Shown: piece after piece, positions 26,208 to 26,298 of the stretch | Numbering within the stretch: the first letter of the stretch is position 1 | Layout: each line of letters begins with the position of its first letter | IMG/VR virus record: IMGVR_UViG_3300044724_009228 | Location: 1-26,298 of that record | DNA length: 26,298 nt | Source of the DNA: a virus | Taxonomy: Duplodnaviria; Caudoviricetes | Direction: 5' to 3' (one strand) | Notes under the pieces: generated by a model | The model's database searches: none | Seen by the model: only the letters and a program-made list of their open reading frames with translations | Told to the model about the DNA's origin: nothing | Program-made: the position numbers and the translations under genes

Positions 26208-26297
26208 ATGGCTGAGCAAATTTCAACAATCCGGCAATCGATATTAAACAAAGCTAAAAAGGACAAGTTTTTACTTGTGTTCACACTACCTAAAGCT
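26208..26297 (+). CDS. 5' fragment of a late gene (truncated by the window)
   Basis: MAEQISTIRQSILNKAKKDKFLLVFTLPKA, open to the window end and preceded by a late promoter. Confidence 0.65.
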   Translation, partial: MAEQISTIRQSILNKAKKDKFLLVFTLPKA

Positions 26298-26298
26298 T

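Noticed and set aside
853-26219. Many antisense or alternate-frame ORFs in the ORF track (e.g. 4422-4931, 19902-20333, 23632-24129)
   Set aside because: They lie within well-supported genes, show no recognisable motifs and have no matching promoter geometry.
1-26298. Stop-codon reassignment, as seen in some large phages
   Set aside because: Core genes are full length under the standard code, and TAA, TGA and TAG all end genes at plausible positions.
1-26298. tRNA or other structured RNA genes
   Set aside because: Intergenic gaps are under about 90 nt and are occupied by promoters or the terminator; no cloverleaf was seen.

Overview
This window is a fragment of a large T4-like (myovirus-type) bacteriophage genome: AT-rich, densely coded and using the standard genetic code. 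The + strand carries a nearly complete T4-type replication/recombination module: the gp47 C-terminus, gp46, family B DNA polymerase gp43, UvsX, gp41 helicase, gp32 SSB, a probable gp45 clamp, an RNase H-type 5'-3' exonuclease and gp61 primase. Inserted into it are a GT-B glycosyltransferase, a divergent QueC / class II glutamine amidotransferase / GT-A glycosyltransferase trio and a DHH phosphoesterase. The right part holds late genes: gp14-like neck protein, terminase gp17, an FkbM methyltransferase and several acidic or low-complexity proteins. The most notable observations are: (1) a QueC(FWDG variant)+GATase+glycosyltransferase cassette running directly into the helicase gene, a candidate undescribed DNA or nucleotide modification pathway; (2) an apparent strong excess of CCGG; (3) promoters of two classes placed 5-12 nt upstream of start codons with no Shine-Dalgarno, suggesting leaderless expression; (4) a set of unrelated late proteins sharing an N-terminal [L/I]-x-E|[A/S/G] signal resembling T4 capsid-targeting sequences, including one nested in-frame isoform; (5) palindromic bidirectional late promoters and TTAA double-stop overlaps between convergent genes. 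All calls come from reading motifs by eye; no database search was run.
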